Of a stretch of 64,000 bases of DNA, positions 1 to 8,335 are shown piece by piece; the stretch's first letter is position 1, and each line of letters begins with the position of its first letter. This stretch comes from an uncultured Chloroflexia bacterium (lineage in GTDB: Bacteria; Chloroflexota; Limnocylindria; Limnocylindrales; CSP1-4), in assembly GCA_963734895.1 (NCBI GenBank), contig CAVTIN010000005.1:279-64278 (forward strand), written 5' to 3'. A model generated the notes under the pieces. It made no database searches. It saw only the letters and a list, made by a program, of their open reading frames with translations, and was not told where the DNA came from. Made by a program: the position numbers and the translations under genes.

Positions 1-209
1 TCCCCACGGTGGGCGATCACCAGGCGCCGAAGCCGCTCCGACCTCGCGCGGAGTGTAACCCCACGAGTTCCGGTATTCGACCGGCGAGAGCCAGAACAGC
101 GCCAGTCCGTTCGCGGACCGGACGTGGATGTGCGGCGGCTCCCTCGTAGCCTGATTCTCCTCTGACCAAAGAAGAACCGGTACGGACCGAAGCGGTGGAC
201 GGTAGGCAC
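1..209 (-). pseudogene. DUF4160-like small protein gene, first ~70 codons (3' end lies beyond the window), interrupted by two 1-nt frame breaks
   Basis: GTG at 209 with GAGAGG 5 nt upstream. The minus-strand reading gives MPTVHRFGPYRFFF | WSEENQATREPPHIHVRSANGLALFWLSPVEYRNSWGYTPREV | ERLRRLVIAHRG in three different frames. The breaks lie near 168-171 (A/T run) and near 38-40 (G run). The EPPHIHV...FWL core matches my memory of DUF4160. Confidence 0.45.
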
Positions 210-386
210 CCGGACCTCTCGGATGGCCGGCGGACCGCCATCGTCGCAACCGCGGCTTCACTGTGGCTCACTGGGAGGGGCTCAACGCCGTCGGGTCCCG
301 GCGGTAAACTGCCAATTGACAGCCCGATCGGACGGGGGAGGGGAGTGGCCAGAGCCGGCACGGAGTCGACGCCCACGGCGATCACC

Positions 387-822
387 TGTCCCGATTGCGG
401 CTGGGCGATGGTCAAGCGGCGAAATCGTCGGACCGGGGAGACGTTCCTCGGATGCTCTCGGTTCCCGGCGTGCCGTGGAACGCGGCAGATAGATCACTCA
501 CCTCGCGGCCTTCCAGGGGACCGAGCATCCCGCTCCACATCGTGCCGGCACACGGCGAGCCCCGCGTCCCGCTCGAGCACGCATCCGGCTCAGCTCGGGC
601 CATCGAGAACCACGCGGTGCGGGCGACTACGCCGAGCTGATCGTCGCCCGGCTGGTCGGCCGCAGCCTGACACCGGTCCAGGGCCTGTTTGCACAGGTGG
701 CTGGCGTGATCCTGCTCGCGGGCGCCTTCTACTGGTTCCTCGCTTCGGGCACGATGGCGCAGGTCGTAACCTCGATAGTTGGCACCATGCATCCATTCAC
801 CGTCACGCCCTCGCCGTCGTGA
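387..822 (+). pseudogene. Remnant ORF(s): a topoisomerase-type C4 zinc ribbon followed, in another frame, by a hydrophobic tail
   Basis: Frame 0, 387-473: CPDCGWAMVKRRNRRTGETFLGCSRFPAC (CxxC...CxxxxxC). Frame 1, 634-819: ELIVARLVGRSLTPVQGLFAQVAGVILLAGAFYWFLASG..., ending at TGA 820-822, which overlaps the GTG of the next gene. No single intact frame with a start codon joins the two parts. Confidence 0.3.
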
Positions 823-3637
823 GCGCACCCACCCTGACCCCGGCCGCCTTCGCGCAGAAGTGGCGCGGCTCCACCACGACCGAGAAGGCCGCGTCCCAGG
901 AGCACTTCATCGACCTGTGCCGGATGGTGGGGGAGCCCACCCCCAACGAGGCCGATCCCACCGGCGAGCAGTACGCCTTCGAGCGCCGGGTCGAGAAGGC
1001 CGGGGGAGGGGACGGCTTCGCCGACGTCTGGAAGCGCGGCTTCTTCGCCTGGGAGTACAAGGGCCACAAGAAGGACCTGAAGGCCGCGTACCTCCAGCTC
1101 CTCAACTACAAGGACGACCTGGGCAACCCGCCGCTGCTCATCGTCAGCGACCTCGACAGCATCGAGATCCGGACCAACTTCACCGGCCTCAGCCCGGTCC
1201 TCACGACGATCACGCTCGACGACCTGGCGGCCGACGATCCCTCAACAGCGCTCCAGACGCTGCGCGACGTGTTCACCGCGCCCGAGGAGCTTCGGCCCAG
1301 GCTCCGGCCCGCCCAGATCACCGAGAAGGCCGCCGGCCACTTCGCCGAGATCGCGCAGAGCCTTCGCGAGCGGGGCCACGACCCGGACAGGGTCGCGCAC
1401 TTCCTGGACCGGATCCTGTTCTGCCTGTTCGCCGAGGACGCCGGGCTGCTGCCCAAGGGCATCTTCATGCGCCTCAGCGAGGCCTCGAGGGGCCGCAGCG
1501 ACGTGTTCAGCAACGCCCTGGGCGAGCTGTTCGCGAAGATGGCCAACGACGGCGGCCTGTTCGGGACCGAGGAGATCGACTGGTTCAACGGCGGCCTGTT
1601 CGACACCGGCGAGGTCCTGCCGCTCACCGGCTCCGAGATCTCGACCCTGCTCGAGGTCAGCCGGCTCAACTGGGCGCTCATCGAGCCCGCGATCTTCGGC
1701 ACCCTGTTCGAGCGCGGCCTCGACCCCGACCAGCGCGCCCAGCTGGGCGCCCACTACACGGACCGCGACGCCATCTGGAAGCTCGTCGAGCCCGTGATCC
1801 TGCGCCCGCTGCGCCGCGAGTTCGTGGCGATGCAGACGCGGGTGACCGAGCTCCTGCTGTCCGGCCGCAAGGTGACCAAGGCGACGCCGCGCGACCAGGA
1901 CCCCAACGCCGTGTTCGAGGACTTCCTCACCCGCCTGCGCGGCGTGCGCGTGCTCGACCCCGCGTGCGGCAGCGGCAACTTCCTGATCGTGAGCCTGTGG
2001 GCGCTCAAGGACCTCGAGTTCGAGGCCATCAACTGGGGCTCGCTCGTGCTGCGCCGGCCGATGCAGGTGCCGCAGATCGGCCCCGAGGCGGTCCTGGGCA
2101 TCGAGATCAACGCCTACGCCGCCGAGCTCGCGCGGGTGACCGTCTGGATCGGCGAGATCCAGTGGATGATCCGCCACGGCCTGGGCTACCGCCGCGACCC
2201 GATCCTGAAGTCCCTCGACCACATCGAGAACCGCGACGCGCTCCTGGACCTCTCCGACCCCGCGAACCCGAAGGAGGCGGAGTGGCCCGAGGCCGAGTTC
2301 ATCGTCGGCAACCCGCCGTTCCTGGGCGGCAAGCTCCTGCGGCGCGGCCTCGGCGACGACTACGTCGACGCGCTGTTCGCGGTGTTCGACGGCCGCGTGC
2401 CGCGCGAGAGCCGACTTCGTCGTCCTACTGGCACGAGAAGGCGCGGGCGCAGATCGAGCGCGGAGCGGACGACGCGGGCCGGCCTGCTGGCGACGCAGGC
2501 GATCCGCGGCGGCGCCAACCGACGGGTCCTGGAGCGGATCAAGGCAGTCCGGCGACATCTTCTTCGCCCGCTCGGACGATCCGTGGATCCTCGCCGGCGC
2601 GAACGTCCACATCAGCTTCGTCGGCCAGGACGACGGCACCGAACGACGACCGCGAACTTGATGGCCAGCCGACGTCGACGATCAACGCGAACCTGACGTC
2701 GGGCGTCGACCTGACGGCGGCCCGCCGGCTGCCCGAGAACGCTGGGCATCGCCTTCATGGGCGACGTCGAAGGGCGGCCCGTTCGACATCGACGCCGAGA
2801 CTGGCGCGCGCAGACTGCTCGCGCAGCCGAACCCAGACGGTCGATCGAACGCGCGACGTCGTCCGCCCCTGGGTCAACGGCCAGGACATCACGCGGCGCC
2901 CGCGCGGCATGTGGATCATCGACTTCGGCGTCGACATGCCGCAGCGACGAGGCCGCGCTCTACGAGGCGCCGTTCGAGTACGTCCGCGCAGCACGTCAAG
3001 CCCGATCGCGATCAGGAATCGCCGCGACCGCCTACGCGGAACGACTGGTGGCTGCATGCGAAGCCGCGGCCAGGAATGCGCGCGGCGCTCGCGGGCCTGC
3101 AGCGCTACATCGCCACGCCCGACGACCTCAAGCACCGGCTCTTCGTCTGGCTCCGATGCCGAGACGCTCGCCGACAGCGCCCTCGTCGTCGTTCGCCGCG
3201 CGACGACGACTACACCTTCGGCATCCTGCACTCGCGCGTCCACGAGGTCTGGGCCCGCGCCATGGGCACGCAGCTCCGCGAGGTCGAGTCCGGCTTCCGC
3301 TACACGCCCACGACCTGCTTCGAGACCTTCCCGTTCCCGCGACCCCACACCCGAGCAGCGCGCCAGGGTAGGGGAGGCCGCCCGCCGCCTCGTCGAGCTC
3401 CGCGACGGCTGGCTCAACCCGCCCGACCTCGCCCCCGCCGACCTCGAGAAGCGCACCCTCACCAACCTCTACAACCAGCGCCCCACCTGGCTCGCCAACG
3501 CCCATGAGGAGCTGGATCGCCGGGTGATTGACGCCTATGGCTGGGACGACACACTGAGCCAAGACGACATCTTGAAACGACTTCTGGACGCGAATGCAGC
3601 GGCACTAGGAGTCACCCTTGATCGCGGCACGCCATGA
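819..3637 (+). pseudogene. MmeI-family type IIL restriction-modification enzyme (N-terminal D...EYK nuclease, N6-adenine methyltransferase, target-recognition/C-terminal region); 3' third heavily frameshifted
   Basis: One clean frame covers 819-2405, with FADVWKRGFFAWEYKG (about 1020-1060), LDPACGSGNFL (about 1953-1985) and GNPPFLGG (2310-2321). From about 2405 to 3360, family-like peptides hop between all three frames: ADFVV / YWHEKARAQIERG / RAGLLATQAIRGGANRRVLERIKA / GDIFFARSDDPWILAGANVHISFVGQDDG / RELDGQPTSTINANLTSG / GPFDIDAE / RDVVRPWVNGQDITRRPRGMWIIDFGVDMP / EAALYEAPFEYVR / HVKPDRDQ / WWLHAKPRPGM..YIATP..KHRLFVWL / DAETLADSALVV / DDDYTFGILHSRVHEVWA. The last frame ends ...LTNLYNQRPTWLANAHEELDRRVIDAYGW... 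with a stop at 3635-3637. Confidence 0.8.
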
Positions 3638-3669
3638 ACCGTTTCATTGGGATGGAGAGCGAGTAGCAA

Positions 3670-4830
3670 ATGTCGGAATCAGAAGACGCCATCGACCCGG
3701 CAGTGGGCTCCGATGACGATCCTGCCGGGATCTCGGAGGACCCTGCCACCTACATCACGGATGCAGAAGCGGCTGACCTCATTGAGGCCGAGCCCGTCGC
3801 AGCGGCGGTCAGCTACTCGGGTCAGGACTTCGATGTCGCTGGTTTGGTGCGCCGTCTCCGCTCCGAGGACATCTTGATTCCTACATTCGGCCACAGGGAC
3901 GAGCGTATTTCGTCGGCCGGGTTCCAGAGGTCATTCGTGTGGACGCGACCGCAGATGGACCGCTTCATTGAGTCCCTCCTGCTCGGCTACCCAGTTCCAG
4001 GGATCTTCCTCGTTCGGCAAGGCGATCGACGTTACCTCGTGCTCGACGGTCAGCAGCGGCTGAGGACGTTGCGGTACTACATGGACGGCGTTCACGAAGG
4101 GAAGGAATTCGCGCTCCAGAACGTTGCGACTCAATTCAAAGGTCTCACATACAAGTCCTTGCCAGAGGACATGCGGCGCCTCCTCGACGACACGTTCTTC
4201 CAGGCCACGATCGTCGTAACTGACGGCACCGCTGAGTCTCTCGAGTCGATCTACCGCGTCTTCGAGCGAGTCAATGCCGGCGGAACCCAGCTCACTCCCC
4301 ATGAGATCCGAGTCGCGTTGTTCGCCGGCCCACTCATCGACTACCTCGAGGAACTGAACACCGACGCCGCCTGGCGGTTCCTGTACGGGAAGAAATCGCC
4401 GCGACTCCGCGACCAGGAACTGGTCCTCCGGATTCTTGCTCTGCTTGACTCTGCGGCAGAGTACCGGCGGCCACTAAAGAGTTTCCTCAATGACTTCGCG
4501 TCCACAAGGCGGTATCTCGCCGGCATTGACAAGGAACTAACGACTGGGCAGTTCCGGTTGTCATCATGGTTGCTCGCGGAGGCGGGCGGCCGTGAGGCGA
4601 TCCGACCCGGAGGCCAGCAACTGAACTCCGCGCTGACTGAGGCCGTCTTCGTCGGACTGATGCGTCGCCTGCGGACGAGCATCAATATTGAGCCCGCGGA
4701 AGTGGCTGCTGCACTCGCAGTTATGGCAGGGAGCGACGAACTACTTCTCGTCACCAGCCGCGCAACAGCTGACGAGGAGAGCGTGAAGAAGCGCCTCGAG
4801 ATCACCACCTCCGCCTTTCAGGGGGAGTAG
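3670..4830 (+). CDS. DUF262 (ParB/Srx-like, GmrSD N-terminal type) domain protein without a fused nuclease domain
   Basis: Intact 386-aa ORF with GGAGAG upstream. Motifs: FQRSFVW (3922-3942), DGQQRLRTL (4045-), RVFERVNAGGTQLTPHEIR. It has an acidic N-terminal tail and a helical C-terminal half with no H-N-H/DUF1524 motif that I can see. GC is lower than in neighbouring genes. Confidence 0.85.
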   Translation: MSESEDAIDPAVGSDDDPAGISEDPATYITDAEAADLIEAEPVAAAVSYSGQDFDVAGLVRRLRSEDILIPTFGHRDERISSAGFQRSFVWTRPQMDRFIESLLLGYPVPGIFLVRQGDRRYLVLDGQQRLRTLRYYMDGVHEGKEFALQNVATQFKGLTYKSLPEDMRRLLDDTFFQATIVVTDGTAESLESIYRVFERVNAGGTQLTPHEIRVALFAGPLIDYLEELNTDAAWRFLYGKKSPRLRDQELVLRILALLDSAAEYRRPLKSFLNDFASTRRYLAGIDKELTTGQFRLSSWLLAEAGGREAIRPGGQQLNSALTEAVFVGLMRRLRTSINIEPAEVAAALAVMAGSDELLLVTSRATADEESVKKRLEITTSAFQGE

Positions 4831-4833
4831 CGC

Positions 4834-5313
4834 ATGTGGCAGGGGGCTTGGCCATCCCTCACCATTGTGCAGCTCCGAGACTCCCTTGACGCTGTCGTGG
4901 ACCTCGTAGACCGTCCGGCGGCGGGTCAAACAGACGATGTCACTCGTGCACTCGCTCGTTTCCTAGTCGTGCGATCCTGCGGCTTCCTCGAGCAGGTGTC
5001 GGAGGAAGCCTGCCGCTGTTACATCCGAAGCAAGTCATACGCTGCCGTGCCGGCATATGCCTCCAGCTGGCTCGGATGCGGCGCCAACCCGACACCGGAG
5101 AACCTGCTGAAGCTCGTGCGGCGCTTCGACGGTCAGTGGGCAGACGCACTCGAGCAGTTCTTGAAGAACAACGACGAACTCTTCTGGCGCGAGATCGCCC
5201 TCCTCGTGGATCGCCGCAACAAGGTCGCTCATGGACTAGGCGAAGGAACTGGCGCTGCGCGTGCCGTCACGCTCGCCGGCCACTCCAGGGCGGTGGCTGA
5301 TTGGTTAGCGTAA
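4834..5313 (+). CDS. HEPN-superfamily protein (resembles the HEPN family that commonly follows DUF262 genes); predicted RNase
   Basis: Intact 159-aa ORF starting 3 nt after the DUF262 stop, with GGGGGAG upstream. The all-helical sequence ends in the Rx4H motif RNKVAH (5215-5232, R128/H133), followed by G. It shares the low GC of the upstream gene. Confidence 0.7.
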   Translation: MWQGAWPSLTIVQLRDSLDAVVDLVDRPAAGQTDDVTRALARFLVVRSCGFLEQVSEEACRCYIRSKSYAAVPAYASSWLGCGANPTPENLLKLVRRFDGQWADALEQFLKNNDELFWREIALLVDRRNKVAHGLGEGTGAARAVTLAGHSRAVADWLA

Positions 5314-5480
5314 CTCAATTCGATCCCAGATAGGCGACATAACTCACCTTATCGGAAGTGCCACACCCCGCTCAGGACGCCCTGCGCGCCGTTTGAGCTC
5401 CTGGCCCGTCACCGGCCTCTGTGGCCGGCTGCGAGTCGATCCGACCAGACGCGCCTAACGGTCGCCGGGAGCGGGCCGCG

Positions 5481-6008
5481 TCAGCAGTCGAACGCAAACC
5501 AGCACAGGTGATTGCGTAGACGCTGGTCGTCGAGCACGAGTTCCCGGATCTCCTGGGGCAGCTGGGCGCGCTGCCACTGGCACTCCAGGCGACCGGCTTC
5601 TGCGCGCTCATCTTCATACGCCGCCGATCGCACCGCCCTGATCGCGTAGGCCGCGGAGCCGAGCTCATGGGCCGCCACATGGCCCACCGCGGCGGCCTGG
5701 CCGGCCGCGTATGCGGCGTATCGCGCGGCGCCGCTGAGGTCCCTCGCGGCGGCATTTGCATGGCCGGCCGCCGTCCGAGCCTCGGCCCACGTGACCTCAC
5801 CTCGTGCCCAGGCACGCCCGAGATCGAGCGCCCGACGTGGACGGTCGTCCTTTGGCCGTGCCTCCTCGAAGTGGTGCAGCACGTGGCCCGCGCATGCAGC
5901 TGCCCACAGCGCGAGGAGGCGATGATCGTCGTCCTGGAGGGTCCCGCCTCGACGGACGGTGATGAACCGAGGATCCCGGACCTTGGGGAGGATCACGGAT
6001 TGCCCCAT
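5481..6008 (-). CDS. Alanine-rich helical protein; resembles proteins annotated as 'putative immunity protein (Imm-5-like)'
   Basis: ATG at 6008 gives 175 aa: MGQSVILPKVRDPRFITVRRGG...HRLLALWAAACAGHVLHHFEEARPKDDRPRRALDLGRAWARGE...AAYAAGQAAAVGHVAAHELGSAAYAIRA...LPQEIRELVLDDQRLRN. The family call is from memory only. The longer start at 6191 adds non-protein-like sequence. Confidence 0.45.
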   Translation of the reverse strand: MGQSVILPKVRDPRFITVRRGGTLQDDDHRLLALWAAACAGHVLHHFEEARPKDDRPRRALDLGRAWARGEVTWAEARTAAGHANAAARDLSGAARYAAYAAGQAAAVGHVAAHELGSAAYAIRAVRSAAYEDERAEAGRLECQWQRAQLPQEIRELVLDDQRLRNHLCWFAFDC

Positions 6009-6313
6009 CGACAGAGCGCGCACGGAAACGATGAAGGCCGGCAAGACGGGGCCATCGCAGCGCGGGCCTGTCACCCAGCCGACATTGCCGGGCGCAACGA
6101 AACGCCCGAAGGAACCCTCCGGCCCGTCTCCGTCCCCGCTGATGCAAGCACCTGCGGCTTCTTCGCCGTTCCTTCTGGCCCCTTCGGGCAAACCGAATAC
6201 TACGGGACGCCCTCGGGCGCCACAACGGGCTTATCCACGAGTTCGCCGGATCGAGGGCGATGGGCGGCAGGTTGTCCACAACCCGTCCACGAACTCGCGG
6301 TTCGCACGGTCCC

Positions 6314-6913
6314 CTACTCCGCGGTCTGGAGCTCCAGCGGCCAGGTCGGGTCTCCCTGGAAGGCGGCGGGCACGCCAGTGTCGTCGAGGTCCACGGTCAT
6401 GTCGGGGCCGCCGTCGGCGGCGACCAGCCGCCAGCGCCGCTCACCCACCCGCGCGACCCTCCAGGTGGCGGGCCGGACCTGGAGCTGTCGGCGGACCTCG
6501 ACGGCCGGCACCGTATCTCCCTCCCCTACCCCGACCCGGCCCTCCAGCCAGGAGGCTGCGGCCGCCGCCGTGATCGGCAATTCACCGACCACCAGCACGT
6601 GATCCGGCGACCAGGGCAGGTCGACATGCTCGATCCCGGCCGGACGCACCACGTTCCCGTGAAGGCGGAGCCCGTCGTCGGAGGGATGGAGCGTGAGCAG
6701 GGCGTCCGCGCCCGCCAGCTCCAGTCGGGTCGGTCGCCCGCCGGCGTCGACCTCCAGCAGCAGCGCGAGGGCGAATCGGCCGTCAGGTCCCACGCTGATG
6801 GACCGCCATCGCCGGCCGCGACGGCCCTCCGCGAGGACCCAGGTCACGCTGGAGCCGTCATCCAGGCGTGCGGCCCCTGCGACCCGGACGGCCGGCGCCG
6901 CTTGTCCGGCCAT
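6314..6913 (-). CDS. Hypothetical protein (199 aa) immediately downstream of hflX
   Basis: ATG at 6913 lies 2 nt after the hflX stop. Codon usage is typical, and the sequence ...SSVTWVLAEGRRGRRWRSISVGPDGRF...VDLPWSPDHVLVVGELPITAAAA...WRLVAADGGPDMTVDLDDTGVP... looks beta-rich and globular. I could not make a family assignment. Confidence 0.55.
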   Translation of the reverse strand: MAGQAAPAVRVAGAARLDDGSSVTWVLAEGRRGRRWRSISVGPDGRFALALLLEVDAGGRPTRLELAGADALLTLHPSDDGLRLHGNVVRPAGIEHVDLPWSPDHVLVVGELPITAAAAASWLEGRVGVGEGDTVPAVEVRRQLQVRPATWRVARVGERRWRLVAADGGPDMTVDLDDTGVPAAFQGDPTWPLELQTAE

Positions 6914-6915
6914 GA

Positions 6916-8244
6916 TCAGGACGGGATGCCGTCGGCGGCGAGCGTCTCCCGCCATCGGTCCGCGGCGGCTCGCAGCTCGCCGGCCATCGCGGGCGCCATC
7001 CGGCCCCGCACATGGACATCGTGATTGCCGTACTCGAGGTCCACGGTCCCGCGCTCGCGGACGCGGGCGAGCAGCTCGCCCGCGGCATACGGCACCGCAA
7101 CGTCCACGTCCTCCCACAGCGATGCCAGGAGGGCCGCGATCTCGGCCCGCAGCGTGTCCAGACCGAACCCGGTGGCGGCAGACACGAGCACGCTGCCCGC
7201 GACGGCGGGAGCGGGCATCGACCCGTCCGCTCCCGGGTACAGGAGGTCGGCCTTGTTGAATGCGGCCAGTCGGGGCTTGTCGCCCGCGGCCAGCTCGTCC
7301 AGGACCACCTGCACGGTGGCCCGGTGCTCCTCGTGGTGCGTATCCGCGGCATCCACGACCTCGACCAGCACGTCCGCGCGCGTCACCTCCTCGAGCGTCG
7401 CGCGGAACGCATCGACCAGCTGGTGCGGCAGCTTGTGGATGAAGCCCACCGTGTCGGTCACGATCGCGGTCTGTCCGTCGCCCAGCTTCACCTGGCGGGA
7501 GGTCGGGTCGAGCGTCGCGAACAGCTTGTCCTCCGCACGGGCGACCTCGGATCCCACCAGCGCGTTGAGCAGCGTCGACTTGCCCGCATTCGTGTAGCCC
7601 ACGATCGCGACCGTCGGGTACAGCCGTCGATCGCGACCGCGCGCCGCAGTCTGCCGCTGCTGGCGGACGTTGTCGACGCGCTCCTTCATCTTCTTGATCC
7701 GCTGGCGGATGAGCCGGCGATCCGTCTCGAGCTGCGACTCGCCCGGGCCCCGGGTGCCGATCCCGCCGCCGGTCCGCGACAGGTGCGTCCACAGCCGGGT
7801 CAGGCGCGGCAGCTGGTACTCGAGCTGCGCGAGCTCGACCTGGAGCCGGCCCTCGTGGGTCTGCGCGTGGAGCGCGAAGATGTCGAGGATGAGGCGGCTG
7901 CGGTCGATGACCTTGACGTTGAGCAGCGTCTCCAGGCTCTTCTGCTGCGCCGGGCTCAGCTCGTCGTCCGCGACCAGGACGTCGAACCCGGTCTCGGACT
8001 TGGCCTGGAGGAGCTCCTCGGCCTTGCCCTTCCCCGCGTACCAGTTGGGGTCCACGTGGCGGCGGTTCTGCCACTCCGCGCCGACCACGTCGGCACCCGC
8101 CGTCTCGGCCAGCGCAGCGAGCTCGGTCAGGCTGTCCTCGGCGGTCCAGCCGGGGTCGTCACCGGTGTCCACCGCGAGCAGGAACGCCTTCTCGACGGGC
8201 GGCGCGAGGTCGATGGTCGAACGCGGGCTCATGGCGGCCAGCAT
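6916..8244 (-). CDS. hflX: GTPase HflX
   Basis: HflX N-domain (RSRLILDIFALHAQTHEGRLQVELAQLEYQLPRL), G1 VGYTNAGKSTL, G3 TDTVGF, G4 NKAD. Confidence 0.95.
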   Translation of the reverse strand: MLAAMSPRSTIDLAPPVEKAFLLAVDTGDDPGWTAEDSLTELAALAETAGADVVGAEWQNRRHVDPNWYAGKGKAEELLQAKSETGFDVLVADDELSPAQQKSLETLLNVKVIDRSRLILDIFALHAQTHEGRLQVELAQLEYQLPRLTRLWTHLSRTGGGIGTRGPGESQLETDRRLIRQRIKKMKERVDNVRQQRQTAARGRDRRLYPTVAIVGYTNAGKSTLLNALVGSEVARAEDKLFATLDPTSRQVKLGDGQTAIVTDTVGFIHKLPHQLVDAFRATLEEVTRADVLVEVVDAADTHHEEHRATVQVVLDELAAGDKPRLAAFNKADLLYPGADGSMPAPAVAGSVLVSAATGFGLDTLRAEIAALLASLWEDVDVAVPYAAGELLARVRERGTVDLEYGNHDVHVRGRMAPAMAGELRAAADRWRETLAADGIPS

Positions 8245-8335
8245 ACCGGCTTGCCGGTCCGATCCCCCGTTCGCCTAACCTCGGTAGTCCTTCCGGCGTG
8301 TGTCGCGTGGATGCACCACGCTCGATGCTTGGTGC

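Noticed and set aside
779-3637. 952-aa ORF in frame 2 spanning the whole R-M gene region
   Set aside because: Most of it is Arg/Pro/Gly-rich out-of-frame read-through of the methyltransferase gene. Only scattered segments and the last ~95 codons carry family-like sequence. It is treated as part of the frameshifted MmeI-type gene, not as a gene of its own.
6314-8074. 586-aa minus-strand ORF overlapping hflX
   Set aside because: Only its last 199 codons (6314-6913) look like a protein. The rest is an alternative frame of hflX.
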